A stretch of DNA of 64,000 bases from an uncultured Clostridia bacterium. GTDB taxonomy: Bacteria > Bacillota > Clostridia > Oscillospirales > CAG-272. The translations under genes were made by a program, and so were the position numbers. Under the pieces are notes generated by a model. The model was given only the letters and a program-made list of their open reading frames with translations, made no database searches and was not told the DNA's origin. The DNA is taken from assembly GCA_947625805.1 (NCBI GenBank), contig CANQPT010000001.1, forward strand, positions 51,044-115,043. The letters are read 5' to 3'. Shown one piece after another: positions 9,146 through 17,890 of the stretch (position 1 is its first letter; each line of letters begins with the position of its first letter).

Positions 9146-11235
9146 ACTTTCATCTCGTTTCCGTTTTTGAGCGTTTGAAATATCTCAGAGTCTTCCAGAT
9201 TGACCTTCCCGGTGTTCAGCATCCGAAAAGCAAAAACATCCGGCTCCGTGCCGATATTTTGCACGGAAAAAAGCTGCATTTCACGGAAGATCTCGATCAT
9301 ATAGCGCACCTTGGCATAGTTCATCCCGCCCAGCGCACGCACCATTTGCCGTACGCCGATCACATCGTGCAGAGCACGCACTTGGGCGCTGATATAGCGA
9401 TAAAGCGCCGCAAAATCTCCGCGGTCCGGGATCACGCGCTCCCTTGCGCTGCCCGCCGCCTTGCTCTGCTCATACTGCTCCCGCAGAGAGCACAACTCCT
9501 GCCCGCTCTGCCCCGACAGACGCAGATCGCTCAAGACCAGTTGCGCGGTACGCACACCGCGAAATGCATTGACCTGCAAGCGAAACGCCGCATCCACGGT
9601 GTCCCCCGCGCAAAAATTCGTGTGGGAAAGTCGGCATCCAAAGTACACTGCTCCGGACTGAATACCGTCCTTTTCCAAAACAAAGCGTGTGTGCCTGGCC
9701 TCTCCGATGGGCGCGGCCGATACAATGCGAGCGCCGAGCAGAGCCAGCACCGGCTCAGGGTTACCGCTTCCGTACGGCTCCAGCCTGGCAAGTTGATCGG
9801 CAGCGGGCACGGTCAGTTCATTGGAATTTACCGTGCAGTCGATCAACAAAACGTCCTCACTCACACAAGCCCGATGTTCCCTGACATAAGCGTTCAGGGC
9901 TTCACGCAGCGCCCCAAGATTCTCTCTGCGCACGGTAAGCCCGGCCGCAAGTTCATGCCCGCCGAATTTTTCCAACAGATCCCCATTCTCGGCCAAGGCG
10001 TTCACTAAATTGATCCCACTCACGCTGCGGCCGCTACCCTTGGCGAGATCACCGTCCAGCGAAAGCAGAATGGCCGGTCGGCCGTACCGCTCAATCAAAC
10101 GGGTCGCTACAATACCGATCACGCCCGAATGCCAGCCCTCGTTTGCCAGCACGAGAATCCCGTCCTTTTCCATGCCCTCCCGGGCGATCATCTCCTGCGC
10201 CTGTTCCTCGATGGCCGAAACCATCCGCTGGCGCTCCCGGTTGAGTTCGCAAAGTTCTGCTGCGATACGGAAAGCACTCTGTTCGTCCTCGCACAAAAAG
10301 AGTTCCACCGCGCGGGAGGCATGATCCAGTCTGCCCGCGGCGTTAAGGCGCGGAGCAATGCGAAAACCGATCAGTGCGGTATTGATGGTCCGCTTTTCGT
10401 CTCCCTCCTCGGCAAGCAAAGCGGCAATGCCGGGGCGCTCGGTATGAGCCAGCATGGAAAGACCCAGCGACACGATCAGGCGATTCTCGTCGGTCAGGGG
10501 CATCACGTCGGCGATCGTACCGATGGCGGCCAGATCCACGCACTGCTCGCATACACGGCGCAGATATCCCGCGTCCTGCTCGCCCCGCTCCCAAGCGATC
10601 TGCTGTTCAATGGCACAGACCAGTTTGAAGGCAACGCCGACGCCGGCAAGTTCCGGAAAGGGGTAGGTACAGTCGGGACGATGGGGATTGACCACGGCCA
10701 GCGCCTGCGGCAGCACGGGCCGACAGGTATGATGATCGGTTACGACAAAATCCATACCAAGCCCACGGGCGTACTCGATCTCGTCAATGGCCGTGATCCC
10801 GGTATCCACCGTAATCACAAGCTGCACTTCCGCCTCATGCAGGCGGTCGATGGCCTCTCTTGAAACTCCGTAGCCCTCTTCCCCGCGATCGGGAATGTAA
10901 TATTCCACCCGTGCGCCCAGTTTGCACAAATACAAATAGAGCACACATACCGCCGTGACCCCGTCTACATCGTAGTCGCCGTAAATGACGATCTTTTTAT
11001 GTTCGGCCACGGCAGCGCGCACGGCGGCCACTGCCGCATCCATGTCTTTTAAGAGAAAGGGGTCGTAAAAGGCCGCGTTTTCCCCCGCGAGAAAGGCCTC
11101 TGCGCTCTCTTTGGTCTGCATACCTCTGCCGTACAGAACGGCGGCGCACAGATCCACGACGCCCAGAGAGGCCGCAAGCGTATGTATTTGCTCTCCGTAC
11201 TCCTCGCGGACACGGGAAATTTCCCAACGTTTCAT
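9142..11235 (-). CDS. recJ: single-stranded-DNA-specific exonuclease RecJ
   Basis: DHH motifs (YGDYDVDGVT, VVTDHH) and DHHA1 (GGHELAAG). Confidence 0.9.
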   Translation of the reverse strand: MKRWEISRVREEYGEQIHTLAASLGVVDLCAAVLYGRGMQTKESAEAFLAGENAAFYDPFLLKDMDAAVAAVRAAVAEHKKIVIYGDYDVDGVTAVCVLYLYLCKLGARVEYYIPDRGEEGYGVSREAIDRLHEAEVQLVITVDTGITAIDEIEYARGLGMDFVVTDHHTCRPVLPQALAVVNPHRPDCTYPFPELAGVGVAFKLVCAIEQQIAWERGEQDAGYLRRVCEQCVDLAAIGTIADVMPLTDENRLIVSLGLSMLAHTERPGIAALLAEEGDEKRTINTALIGFRIAPRLNAAGRLDHASRAVELFLCEDEQSAFRIAAELCELNRERQRMVSAIEEQAQEMIAREGMEKDGILVLANEGWHSGVIGIVATRLIERYGRPAILLSLDGDLAKGSGRSVSGINLVNALAENGDLLEKFGGHELAAGLTVRRENLGALREALNAYVREHRACVSEDVLLIDCTVNSNELTVPAADQLARLEPYGSGNPEPVLALLGARIVSAAPIGEARHTRFVLEKDGIQSGAVYFGCRLSHTNFCAGDTVDAAFRLQVNAFRGVRTAQLVLSDLRLSGQSGQELCSLREQYEQSKAAGSARERVIPDRGDFAALYRYISAQVRALHDVIGVRQMVRALGGMNYAKVRYMIEIFREMQLFSVQNIGTEPDVFAFRMLNTGKVNLEDSEIFQTLKNGNEMKV

Positions 11236-11654
11236 TCTTCTTCCTCTTGCAGGATACTCACGACCGTGATCCTGTTCTTTTGCTTGACCCGTTCCGATCG
11301 GCCGACAATGCCGATCACCCCAAAGCAGGCGATAAATACGCCAAGCGAAACAAGATAAGGCAAAACGGCCTGCGCGGTAAGCGCGGCAGAAATCAGATAG
11401 GCGGCAAGGGCAAAAACGATGGGAAATACGAAAATAAACGCGGCATAACCAAGCACAGATCCGGACGGAGTTTCAAGTTCTACCCGATCGCCGGGCACTG
11501 CGCCTGCGTCGTTGCGTGCGGACACGGTCATGGTCTTTTTGGTGCAGGCAAGGCAAAAGCCTTTCGAGTGGCAGCCGTCGCACGCGCTCTGCCGCTCGGT
11601 TTCCACCGTCGCAAGTTCTCCGTTTATCTCGGTTACCGTTCCCGTCGTTTTCAT
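11232..11654 (-). CDS. SoxR-reducing system RseC/MucC family protein
   Basis: N-terminal OB-like part with a Cys cluster (CDGCHSKGFCLAC) followed by two TM helices. Start at MKTTG, which forms an ATGA overlap with the upstream stop. Confidence 0.7.
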   Translation of the reverse strand: MKTTGTVTEINGELATVETERQSACDGCHSKGFCLACTKKTMTVSARNDAGAVPGDRVELETPSGSVLGYAAFIFVFPIVFALAAYLISAALTAQAVLPYLVSLGVFIACFGVIGIVGRSERVKQKNRITVVSILQEEEE

Positions 11655-13237
11655 TTCGCATACCTTTCCATTATTTTCAGCGCACAGCGGACGCCGTCCA
11701 CCGACGCACTTGTAATTCCACCCGCATAACCCGCGCCCTCTCCGCATGGATAGAGATTGGAAAAAGCGGGCGAAAGCCCCGCCTCATCGCGCGGAATGCG
11801 CACGGGAGCGGAAGTGCGGGTCTCCGCACCGGTTAAGACCGCGTCCGCATTTGCAAATGCGGGCAAACGGCGGGCAAAATCAGTCAGACCTGCCCGCAGC
11901 GCCTGTGCGACAAAATCCGGCAGCACAGCCGAAAGATCGGCGACCTTTACCGAGCCCTGCCGATAGGTGGGCAACACCCGTCCCGGCTCCGTGCCCATCC
12001 GGTGAGCAAGAAAATCTCCCACCGTCTGCACAGGTGCGCAAAAGTCGCCGCCGCCCGCCGTAAATGCCGCGCGCTCCACCGCGCGTACAAAATCGATGGC
12101 TCCGCACACACTGCCGCCGTAATCCTCCGGAAAAACCGAAACGGCAATGGCGCTGTTGGCGTTGACCCCGTCACGGGCATTCTCGCTCATTCCGTTGGTG
12201 ACAACACCGCCCTGCTCACTGGCAGCCGCGGCGACAGTACCGCCCGGACACATACAAAAACTATATACTCCCCGCCCGTGAACACGGGTGCTGAGTTGAT
12301 ATTCCCCCGGCGGAAGAGCCGGATGCCCCGCGTGTTTTCCGTACAGGGAGCGGTCGATATCCGCCTGCAAATGCTCGATGCGCACGCCGACCGAAAAGGG
12401 CTTTGCCTCCATCCGTATCCCATGGCGCTCAAGGACGTCATAAGTGTCCCGGGCACTGTGCCCAATGGCCGGGACAACCACACCGCACGGAATTTCCGTA
12501 TGCTCGGTGCATACTGCCGTGATCCTGCCGGCGCTGTCCGCGCGCAGTCCGCAAAAGCGGGTACGGAACAGAATCTGTCCTCCGCACTCTGTAATGCGCG
12601 CGGCAATCCGGTCCACGATTCCCGGCAACAGGTCGGTGCCGATATGCGGGCGGGCATTCACCAGAATATCCGCCGGTGCGCCAAATTCGTGCAGACGTTT
12701 CAAAATATAGCGGCAAAAGGGATCCCCGATACGGGTCGTCAATTTTCCGTCTGAAAAAGTTCCGGCGCCGCCCGCACCAAACTGAATATTGGAATCGGGA
12801 TCCAGCGTTCCCTGCTCCACGAATCTGCGCACGGCTTCCACACGGTCTCCGGCGGAATCGCCCCGTTCGAGGACGATCGGCCGATAGCCATGCTCGGCAA
12901 GCAACAGGGCGCAAAACATACCGCAGGGGCCAAATCCGACGATGACCGGACGCGCGGACAGCGTTTGCTGTCCGTAGGCGACGGAGAGGATCGGCTCGCA
13001 CAAGGGGGCCGCTCCGAGCGGCGCAAGACGCCGGGAGGAATAACTCCCCTCCACGTCCACACAAACCGTATAGACAAAGCGAATCGCGTCGGTGCGCCGT
13101 GCGTCCAGGGATCGCCGGAAAACCGACGCGTCCCTTACGGTCGCGCCCAGAGGTGCAAGTTTCTTTTTCGCTTTTTCAAGCGCTTCCGCCTCTCCCCGGT
13201 CAAAGGGAATGCGGATATCGCGCACAAGGATCCTCAC
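11651..13237 (-). CDS. FAD-dependent protein (COG2509-type NAD(P)/FAD oxidoreductase)
   Basis: GxGxxG dinucleotide fold (IVGFGPCGMFCALLLAEHGYRPIVLERG). GTG start overlaps the cdaR stop (GTGA). Confidence 0.7.
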   Translation of the reverse strand: MRILVRDIRIPFDRGEAEALEKAKKKLAPLGATVRDASVFRRSLDARRTDAIRFVYTVCVDVEGSYSSRRLAPLGAAPLCEPILSVAYGQQTLSARPVIVGFGPCGMFCALLLAEHGYRPIVLERGDSAGDRVEAVRRFVEQGTLDPDSNIQFGAGGAGTFSDGKLTTRIGDPFCRYILKRLHEFGAPADILVNARPHIGTDLLPGIVDRIAARITECGGQILFRTRFCGLRADSAGRITAVCTEHTEIPCGVVVPAIGHSARDTYDVLERHGIRMEAKPFSVGVRIEHLQADIDRSLYGKHAGHPALPPGEYQLSTRVHGRGVYSFCMCPGGTVAAAASEQGGVVTNGMSENARDGVNANSAIAVSVFPEDYGGSVCGAIDFVRAVERAAFTAGGGDFCAPVQTVGDFLAHRMGTEPGRVLPTYRQGSVKVADLSAVLPDFVAQALRAGLTDFARRLPAFANADAVLTGAETRTSAPVRIPRDEAGLSPAFSNLYPCGEGAGYAGGITSASVDGVRCALKIMERYAK

Positions 13238-14253
13238 GTTTTTCTTTCGGAGACGGTTTCAGAGACAGGTCCGTCGGCTGCAATTTCGTTTTTACGAACG
13301 GTCATGGAAACGCTTTTGGTGCCGTCCACGATCTCCATACCCGTGATCGAAAGTTCAAAATTCTCCGTGCCGAGATGATCCTCCGGGGTGCCGCTCACCG
13401 CAAAAGTGATCCTGCTCACATTGCGAATGACCGACTCCTCGCCCCGGACGACAAGACGCCGGGGGGTTATGGTGATAGCATAAGCCGCGTTGTCATACGA
13501 ATCCGAGAAAACCGGTTCCACCGTCACTTCTTTTTCGGTAACGACCGGGAAATATACGGTCACAGCACCGCCGCTGGCGATGGTGATATATTGGCTGTTG
13601 AGCTGCTCTCCGTCCGTGTCGATCAGCTGTAATACTGTGTTGTAGGTGACCGAACTGGTGATGGTACCCAGATCCACCGGGCTTACCTGCGCGTGGTCCA
13701 CTGCATTCAGCACAGATACCGGTCCTTTGACGGTTATGGACGTTACGTCCGGCATGGTAGTGGTAGGCATGATGTAGGGCGTGCCCATGGAATATCCCGC
13801 TCCGGTGGTCACCCCGCCGTAGTAGGTAATGTCAGAGGAGATGGGAATGGTTTTTGAGGTGGTGATATCCGCATATACCAAGACTGTGTTTTCACTAATA
13901 CCGCCTACCGTGATCCCCTCGATCGGATCGGTGCGAATCTCCAGCGGGAACTCCCCCGCACCGGTGATGGTACTTAGATCCGCATAAGCGGTCAGATCCT
14001 CCGAATGCATAAAATTGAGCACACTGCGCCTGCCGGTAACAGTCAGATCCACCGTAGTGCCGTAGCCCGAAAGAATAGACAGGCCGTTTTGGGTCAGCAC
14101 CGTTTCATTGCGCAACTCTACCTGTACTCCCTCAAACACCTGGGTATACAGAGGGCTTTCCACGCTGATCACATAAAGCCATAAGGCAAAAGCACAGATC
14201 AGCGACAGAATCAAAGGAAGCGCGGGAGAACCCCTTTTTTTGCTTTTAAGCAT
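13234..14253 (-). CDS. cdaR: YbbR-domain protein, CdaA regulator CdaR
   Basis: N-terminal TM plus repeated YbbR-like beta-rich modules, immediately downstream of cdaA. Trimmed to MLKSKK; the longer ORF-track form overlaps cdaA. Confidence 0.8.
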   Translation of the reverse strand: MLKSKKRGSPALPLILSLICAFALWLYVISVESPLYTQVFEGVQVELRNETVLTQNGLSILSGYGTTVDLTVTGRRSVLNFMHSEDLTAYADLSTITGAGEFPLEIRTDPIEGITVGGISENTVLVYADITTSKTIPISSDITYYGGVTTGAGYSMGTPYIMPTTTMPDVTSITVKGPVSVLNAVDHAQVSPVDLGTITSSVTYNTVLQLIDTDGEQLNSQYITIASGGAVTVYFPVVTEKEVTVEPVFSDSYDNAAYAITITPRRLVVRGEESVIRNVSRITFAVSGTPEDHLGTENFELSITGMEIVDGTKSVSMTVRKNEIAADGPVSETVSERKT

Positions 14254-15121
14254 TCTGACTGCCCCCCTTCTCTGTGTTCTTTCGGGTATGTACCGTTCCC
14301 CGCTTTTTTGAGCGTTTGGTCGTCGTGGAAACAAAAATCTCGGTAAGATAGTTGCGCAGACTGTCCGCGGTGTATCCGCGCTGTAACACGCCGTCGCGGG
14401 CAACCGAAATTACCCCGGTCTCTTCACTGACTACAATGACCACCGCGTCGCTGTTCTCGCTCATACCGATGGCCGCACGATGCCTGGTGCCCAGTTCTTT
14501 CATGATCTCGTTGTTCATGGATAGGGGTAAAAAACATCCGGCAGCATACACTCTTCCGCCGCGAATGATGACCGCACCGTCGTGCATCGGGCTTTTGTTG
14601 AAAAACAGGTTGCGCAGTAAAATCGAAGAAATGTCCGCGTTGACCACGGTCCCGCTCTTGATATAATCCCCCAGCGGAGTGGTTCGCTCAAGGACGATCA
14701 GTGCCCCGGTGCGATCCCCCGCAAGGTCGGCAGCGGCAAGGCTGATCTCCTCCACCATATGCTCATTTTCGTTCGCACCGTGCCCGGCAAGTCCCCGGAT
14801 CCGCTTAGTCTGCCCGCCGAAACTCTCCAGCATGGAGCGCATCTCCGGCTGAAAGACGATCAGAACCGCGATCAGGCCCACCTGGAATATATTGTCCATG
14901 ACAAATCGAATGGTACTGAGTTCGAACAGATCGCTGACCAGATACAGCAAAAAAAGCAACACGACCCCGACCGCAAGTTTGCTTGCTCTGCGGTCGCGGA
15001 CAAAACGAAAAACGTAATACAGTACGATCGCAACGATCAGAATATCAATCACATCGCTGATCCCGATCGTGCTGATCTGATCCAGCAGATATTGAAGCAT
15101 TGTACGCAGTGAATCCATCAT
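14246..15121 (-). CDS. cdaA: diadenylate cyclase CdaA
   Basis: Three N-terminal TM helices and DAC domain motifs (MHDGAVIIRG, GTRHRAAIG). Confidence 0.92.
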   Translation of the reverse strand: MMDSLRTMLQYLLDQISTIGISDVIDILIVAIVLYYVFRFVRDRRASKLAVGVVLLFLLYLVSDLFELSTIRFVMDNIFQVGLIAVLIVFQPEMRSMLESFGGQTKRIRGLAGHGANENEHMVEEISLAAADLAGDRTGALIVLERTTPLGDYIKSGTVVNADISSILLRNLFFNKSPMHDGAVIIRGGRVYAAGCFLPLSMNNEIMKELGTRHRAAIGMSENSDAVVIVVSEETGVISVARDGVLQRGYTADSLRNYLTEIFVSTTTKRSKKRGTVHTRKNTEKGGSQNA

Positions 15122-15277
15122 TTCATAACACCTGTAATTTGTCGGTATTTTATCTTATGTAAACCGGAAAAGCGGCATACCCCTCCCGATTATAAATATC
15201 ATACCATAAAATTGCTTTTTTTTCAATGCCGGAACGCTTCTTTTTTGTTTGCGCGGATGACTTTTTTGCGCTTGTGC

Positions 15278-15306
15278 TTGCCACCGATAAGGAAATATGA
15301 TAAAAT
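15278..15306 (+). promoter_or_regulatory. rlmD promoter, TTGCCA-17 nt-TAAAAT with an extended -10 TG
   Basis: -35 at 15278-15283; TGa at 15298-15300; -10 at 15301-15306. The ATG at 15313 lies 7 nt after the -10 and no SD is present. Confidence 0.5.
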
Positions 15307-15312
15307 ATCGGT

Positions 15313-16929
15313 ATGATAAAGAAAAACGACCTGTATGAGGTCACGATCACGGAAATCAACCCGCTGGGATTCGGGGTGTGCAAAATCGACGGCATGGTAG
15401 TCTTTGTAGCCCAAGGAGCTCCCGGAGATCATGCCCGCATCCGCATTATCAAGTGTGCACGCACCTATGCGATCGGAAAGATAGAAGAAGTTCTTTCGCC
15501 CTCCGTACACCGGATCGTACCTCACTGCCCGGTCAGCGCACGCTGCGGTGGATGCGTGTACGCACACGTCGATTATACATATGAAGCCGAAAGCAAGCGA
15601 AACGCGGTCAAAGCAGCCCTGCGCAAGGCGGGACTGCCTGAGATCACGGTGCACCCGCTTATCTCCCCCTCTCCCATTGACGGCTACCGCAACAAAGCGC
15701 AAATGCCCTTTGCCCCCGACGGCGGGCTGGGATACTACGCCCCAAAAAGCCATCGGGTGATCGTCCCACCGGGCGGCTGTGCACTTTTGCCCCCGATCTT
15801 TCGGCAGATCGCCGAGACGGTCACCGACTGGGTGCGGGAATATTCCCTCCCTGTTTACCGTGAGGAGGACGGAACGGGATTATTGCGGCATTTGTATTTG
15901 CGCCGGGGAACGGTCACCGGCGAGGTCATGGTCTGCCTTGTGATCAACGGAACAGAACTGCCGCACGCAGATACGCTGTGCGAACGCCTGACCGAAAACT
16001 TTCCGCAGGTGCGCACGGTTGTACTCAACCACAACACCGCCCGCACCAACGTCATTTTGGGGGACCGGTGCACGGCGCTGTACGGGGACGGGCGCATCAC
16101 GGACCAACTGTGTGGGTCAAGTTTTGAGATATCACCGCTTTCCTTCTATCAAATCAATCACGCCACCGCCCAAGCCATCTACAAAAAGGCAATCTCTCTT
16201 GCCGATCTGAAAGCAACCGACACCCTGGCCGATCTCTTTTGCGGGATCGGTACGATCGGCCTGAGTGCTGCACGTCACAGCCCGGTGGGCAGGGTGATCG
16301 GCGTGGAGATTGTCCCCGAGGCCATCGAAAACGCAAAAAGAAACGCACAGAGAAACGGCATTTCAAACGCCGGGTTTTACTGCGGAGATGCAAACCACGA
16401 GCGCATTTCCGACTGCAACGTCATGATCGTCGATCCGCCCCGCAAAGGTTTGTCCACCGGTCTGATCGAACGCATCGCCGGGATTTTTCCCGACCGTTTG
16501 GTCTACATTTCCTGTGCGCCGGACACCCTCGCCCGTAATTTGAGCATCTTCGCCGCCCACGGTTACCGTACACATGAGGTCTTCCCCTACGATATGTTTC
16601 CGAGGACGGCACACGTGGAGACGGTATGCTTATTGTCCAAACTCAATGTCAAGCAGCATATAGAAGTCGAACTCACGATGGACGAGATGGATTTGACCGC
16701 CGCCGAGAAAAAAGCCAGCTATGAGGAAATCAAGGCGTATGTGCTGGAGAAATTCGGGATGAAGGTCAGCCACTTGTATATCGCACAAGTAAAGCGGAAG
16801 TGCGGGATTATTGAACGGGAGAATTACAATAAACCAAAGTCTGAGAATGCTAAACAGCCCCAATGCCCGCCAGAGAAAGAGGCCGCGATTATAGAAGCAT
16901 TGAAATACTTTAGAATGATTGAATCATGA
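15313..16929 (+). CDS. rlmD: 23S rRNA (uracil-C5)-methyltransferase RlmD/RumA with a 97-aa non-canonical C-terminal extension
   Basis: TRAM domain at the N-terminus, an Fe-S Cys cluster (CPVSARCGGC), and SAM-MTase motifs (DLFCGIGTIG, VDPPRKG, ..HVETVCLL). The ORF continues 97 codons in AT-richer DNA. Confidence 0.9.
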   Translation: MIKKNDLYEVTITEINPLGFGVCKIDGMVVFVAQGAPGDHARIRIIKCARTYAIGKIEEVLSPSVHRIVPHCPVSARCGGCVYAHVDYTYEAESKRNAVKAALRKAGLPEITVHPLISPSPIDGYRNKAQMPFAPDGGLGYYAPKSHRVIVPPGGCALLPPIFRQIAETVTDWVREYSLPVYREEDGTGLLRHLYLRRGTVTGEVMVCLVINGTELPHADTLCERLTENFPQVRTVVLNHNTARTNVILGDRCTALYGDGRITDQLCGSSFEISPLSFYQINHATAQAIYKKAISLADLKATDTLADLFCGIGTIGLSAARHSPVGRVIGVEIVPEAIENAKRNAQRNGISNAGFYCGDANHERISDCNVMIVDPPRKGLSTGLIERIAGIFPDRLVYISCAPDTLARNLSIFAAHGYRTHEVFPYDMFPRTAHVETVCLLSKLNVKQHIEVELTMDEMDLTAAEKKASYEEIKAYVLEKFGMKVSHLYIAQVKRKCGIIERENYNKPKSENAKQPQCPPEKEAAIIEALKYFRMIES

Positions 16930-17047
16930 TTTTTATGTTCCTCAACTGACAGTTGTAGATGTTTGAATATGTACAACACCCTGTCGCTTCCAACGCGTAT
17001 GAGAAGTGCGGTATAATTTAAGCGCCAAGAAGGAAGGGGTGTAAATT

Positions 17048-17433
17048 GTGGTAAACAAAATTCATTTTGGAAAAAGGAGTCTGTATTCAGACGTAAGGCG
17101 GGCTTATCGCAAACAGACTTAGCCGAAAAGCTCGGTGTTACATCGCAGGCTGTTTCAAAGTGAGAGTGCGGAAACGCGGTACCGGATATAGATATACTGT
17201 TAGAGTTGTCTTGTCTATACAAGGTTACAATGAACGAGATGCTTGAAAAACGCCCCGATGTATTTGAAGATTTGTATGAGGATACGGTTCTTGCCGGTTT
17301 CAGCAAAATTGATAGTGTGATCAGCGGATGCTGGTATACCGACGATGATGAAAGTACAATCGCAGATTTGGCACGTTCGCTTGGCATAAATTTGAAATTT
17401 ACAAGCTATACCAGATACTGTGTAAAGGAATAA
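17048..17433 (+). pseudogene. XRE-family helix-turn-helix regulator, disrupted by a frameshift and a nonsense codon
   Basis: GTG start with an AAGGAAGGGG RBS. VVNKIHFGK is in one frame; KESVFRRKAGLSQTDLAEKLGVTSQAVSK-TGA-ECGNAVPDIDILLELSCLYKVTMNEML is in the -1 frame. The break lies at the A5 run (17071-17075). TGA (17161-17163) replaces the conserved Trp of the SKWE motif. Confidence 0.8.
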
Positions 17434-17437
17434 GACT

Positions 17438-17887
17438 ATGAATCGCACGGAATATGTGGAATTGACCGTTTTATGTTTGATACATAAAGACGGGAAGTAT
17501 CTGTTGCAAGACAGGATCAACGAGGACTGGAAAGGTTTTACCCTGCCGGGAGGACATGTCGAAGAGGGCGAGTCCATCGTAGACGCCGTGATCCGGGAAA
17601 TGAAAGAAGAAACGGGATTGACAATTGAACGTCCTAAGTTGTGCGGAGTGAAACAATTTCCCATCGAAAACGGCAGGTATCTGGTATTCTTATTTTATGC
17701 GGACCGGTTTTCGGGTGAAGTGGTCTCTTCCCCTGAGGGCGCGATGCACTGGGTAAGCAAGGAAGAATTGTCATCTGTCAATACCGTAAAAGATCTGGAC
17801 CGACTAATTCAAGTAATTCTTGATTTTGACCTGAACGAATTTCAATATATCATCCAAAACGGAGAATGGAAGGTCATTCTGAAATAA
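17438..17887 (+). CDS. NUDIX hydrolase (MutT / 8-oxo-dGTP diphosphatase-like)
   Basis: Nudix box GGHVEEGESIVDAVIREMKEETGL. An AAGGAA RBS is present, and the start is 5 nt after the XRE stop. Confidence 0.85.
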   Translation: MNRTEYVELTVLCLIHKDGKYLLQDRINEDWKGFTLPGGHVEEGESIVDAVIREMKEETGLTIERPKLCGVKQFPIENGRYLVFLFYADRFSGEVVSSPEGAMHWVSKEELSSVNTVKDLDRLIQVILDFDLNEFQYIIQNGEWKVILK

Positions 17888-17890
17888 GTT

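Noticed and set aside
7823-9178. 451-aa ORF on the plus strand
   Set aside because: It is entirely antisense to the well-supported relA gene. Its sequence is low-complexity and Arg/His/Leu/Val-rich with no motif or RBS. This is a typical shadow ORF in GC-rich DNA.
17068-17079. Programmed -1 ribosomal frameshift on the GGAAAAAGG run of the XRE gene
   Set aside because: There is no canonical X-XXY-YYZ heptamer and no downstream stimulatory structure that I could see. The downstream in-frame TGA would still abort translation.
17161-17163. TGA read as tryptophan (genetic code 4 or local recoding) in the XRE gene
   Set aside because: TGA is used as a genuine stop throughout the window, including the rlmD tail inside the same islet (16927-16929). 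The gene also carries an independent frameshift, so pseudogenisation is the simpler reading.
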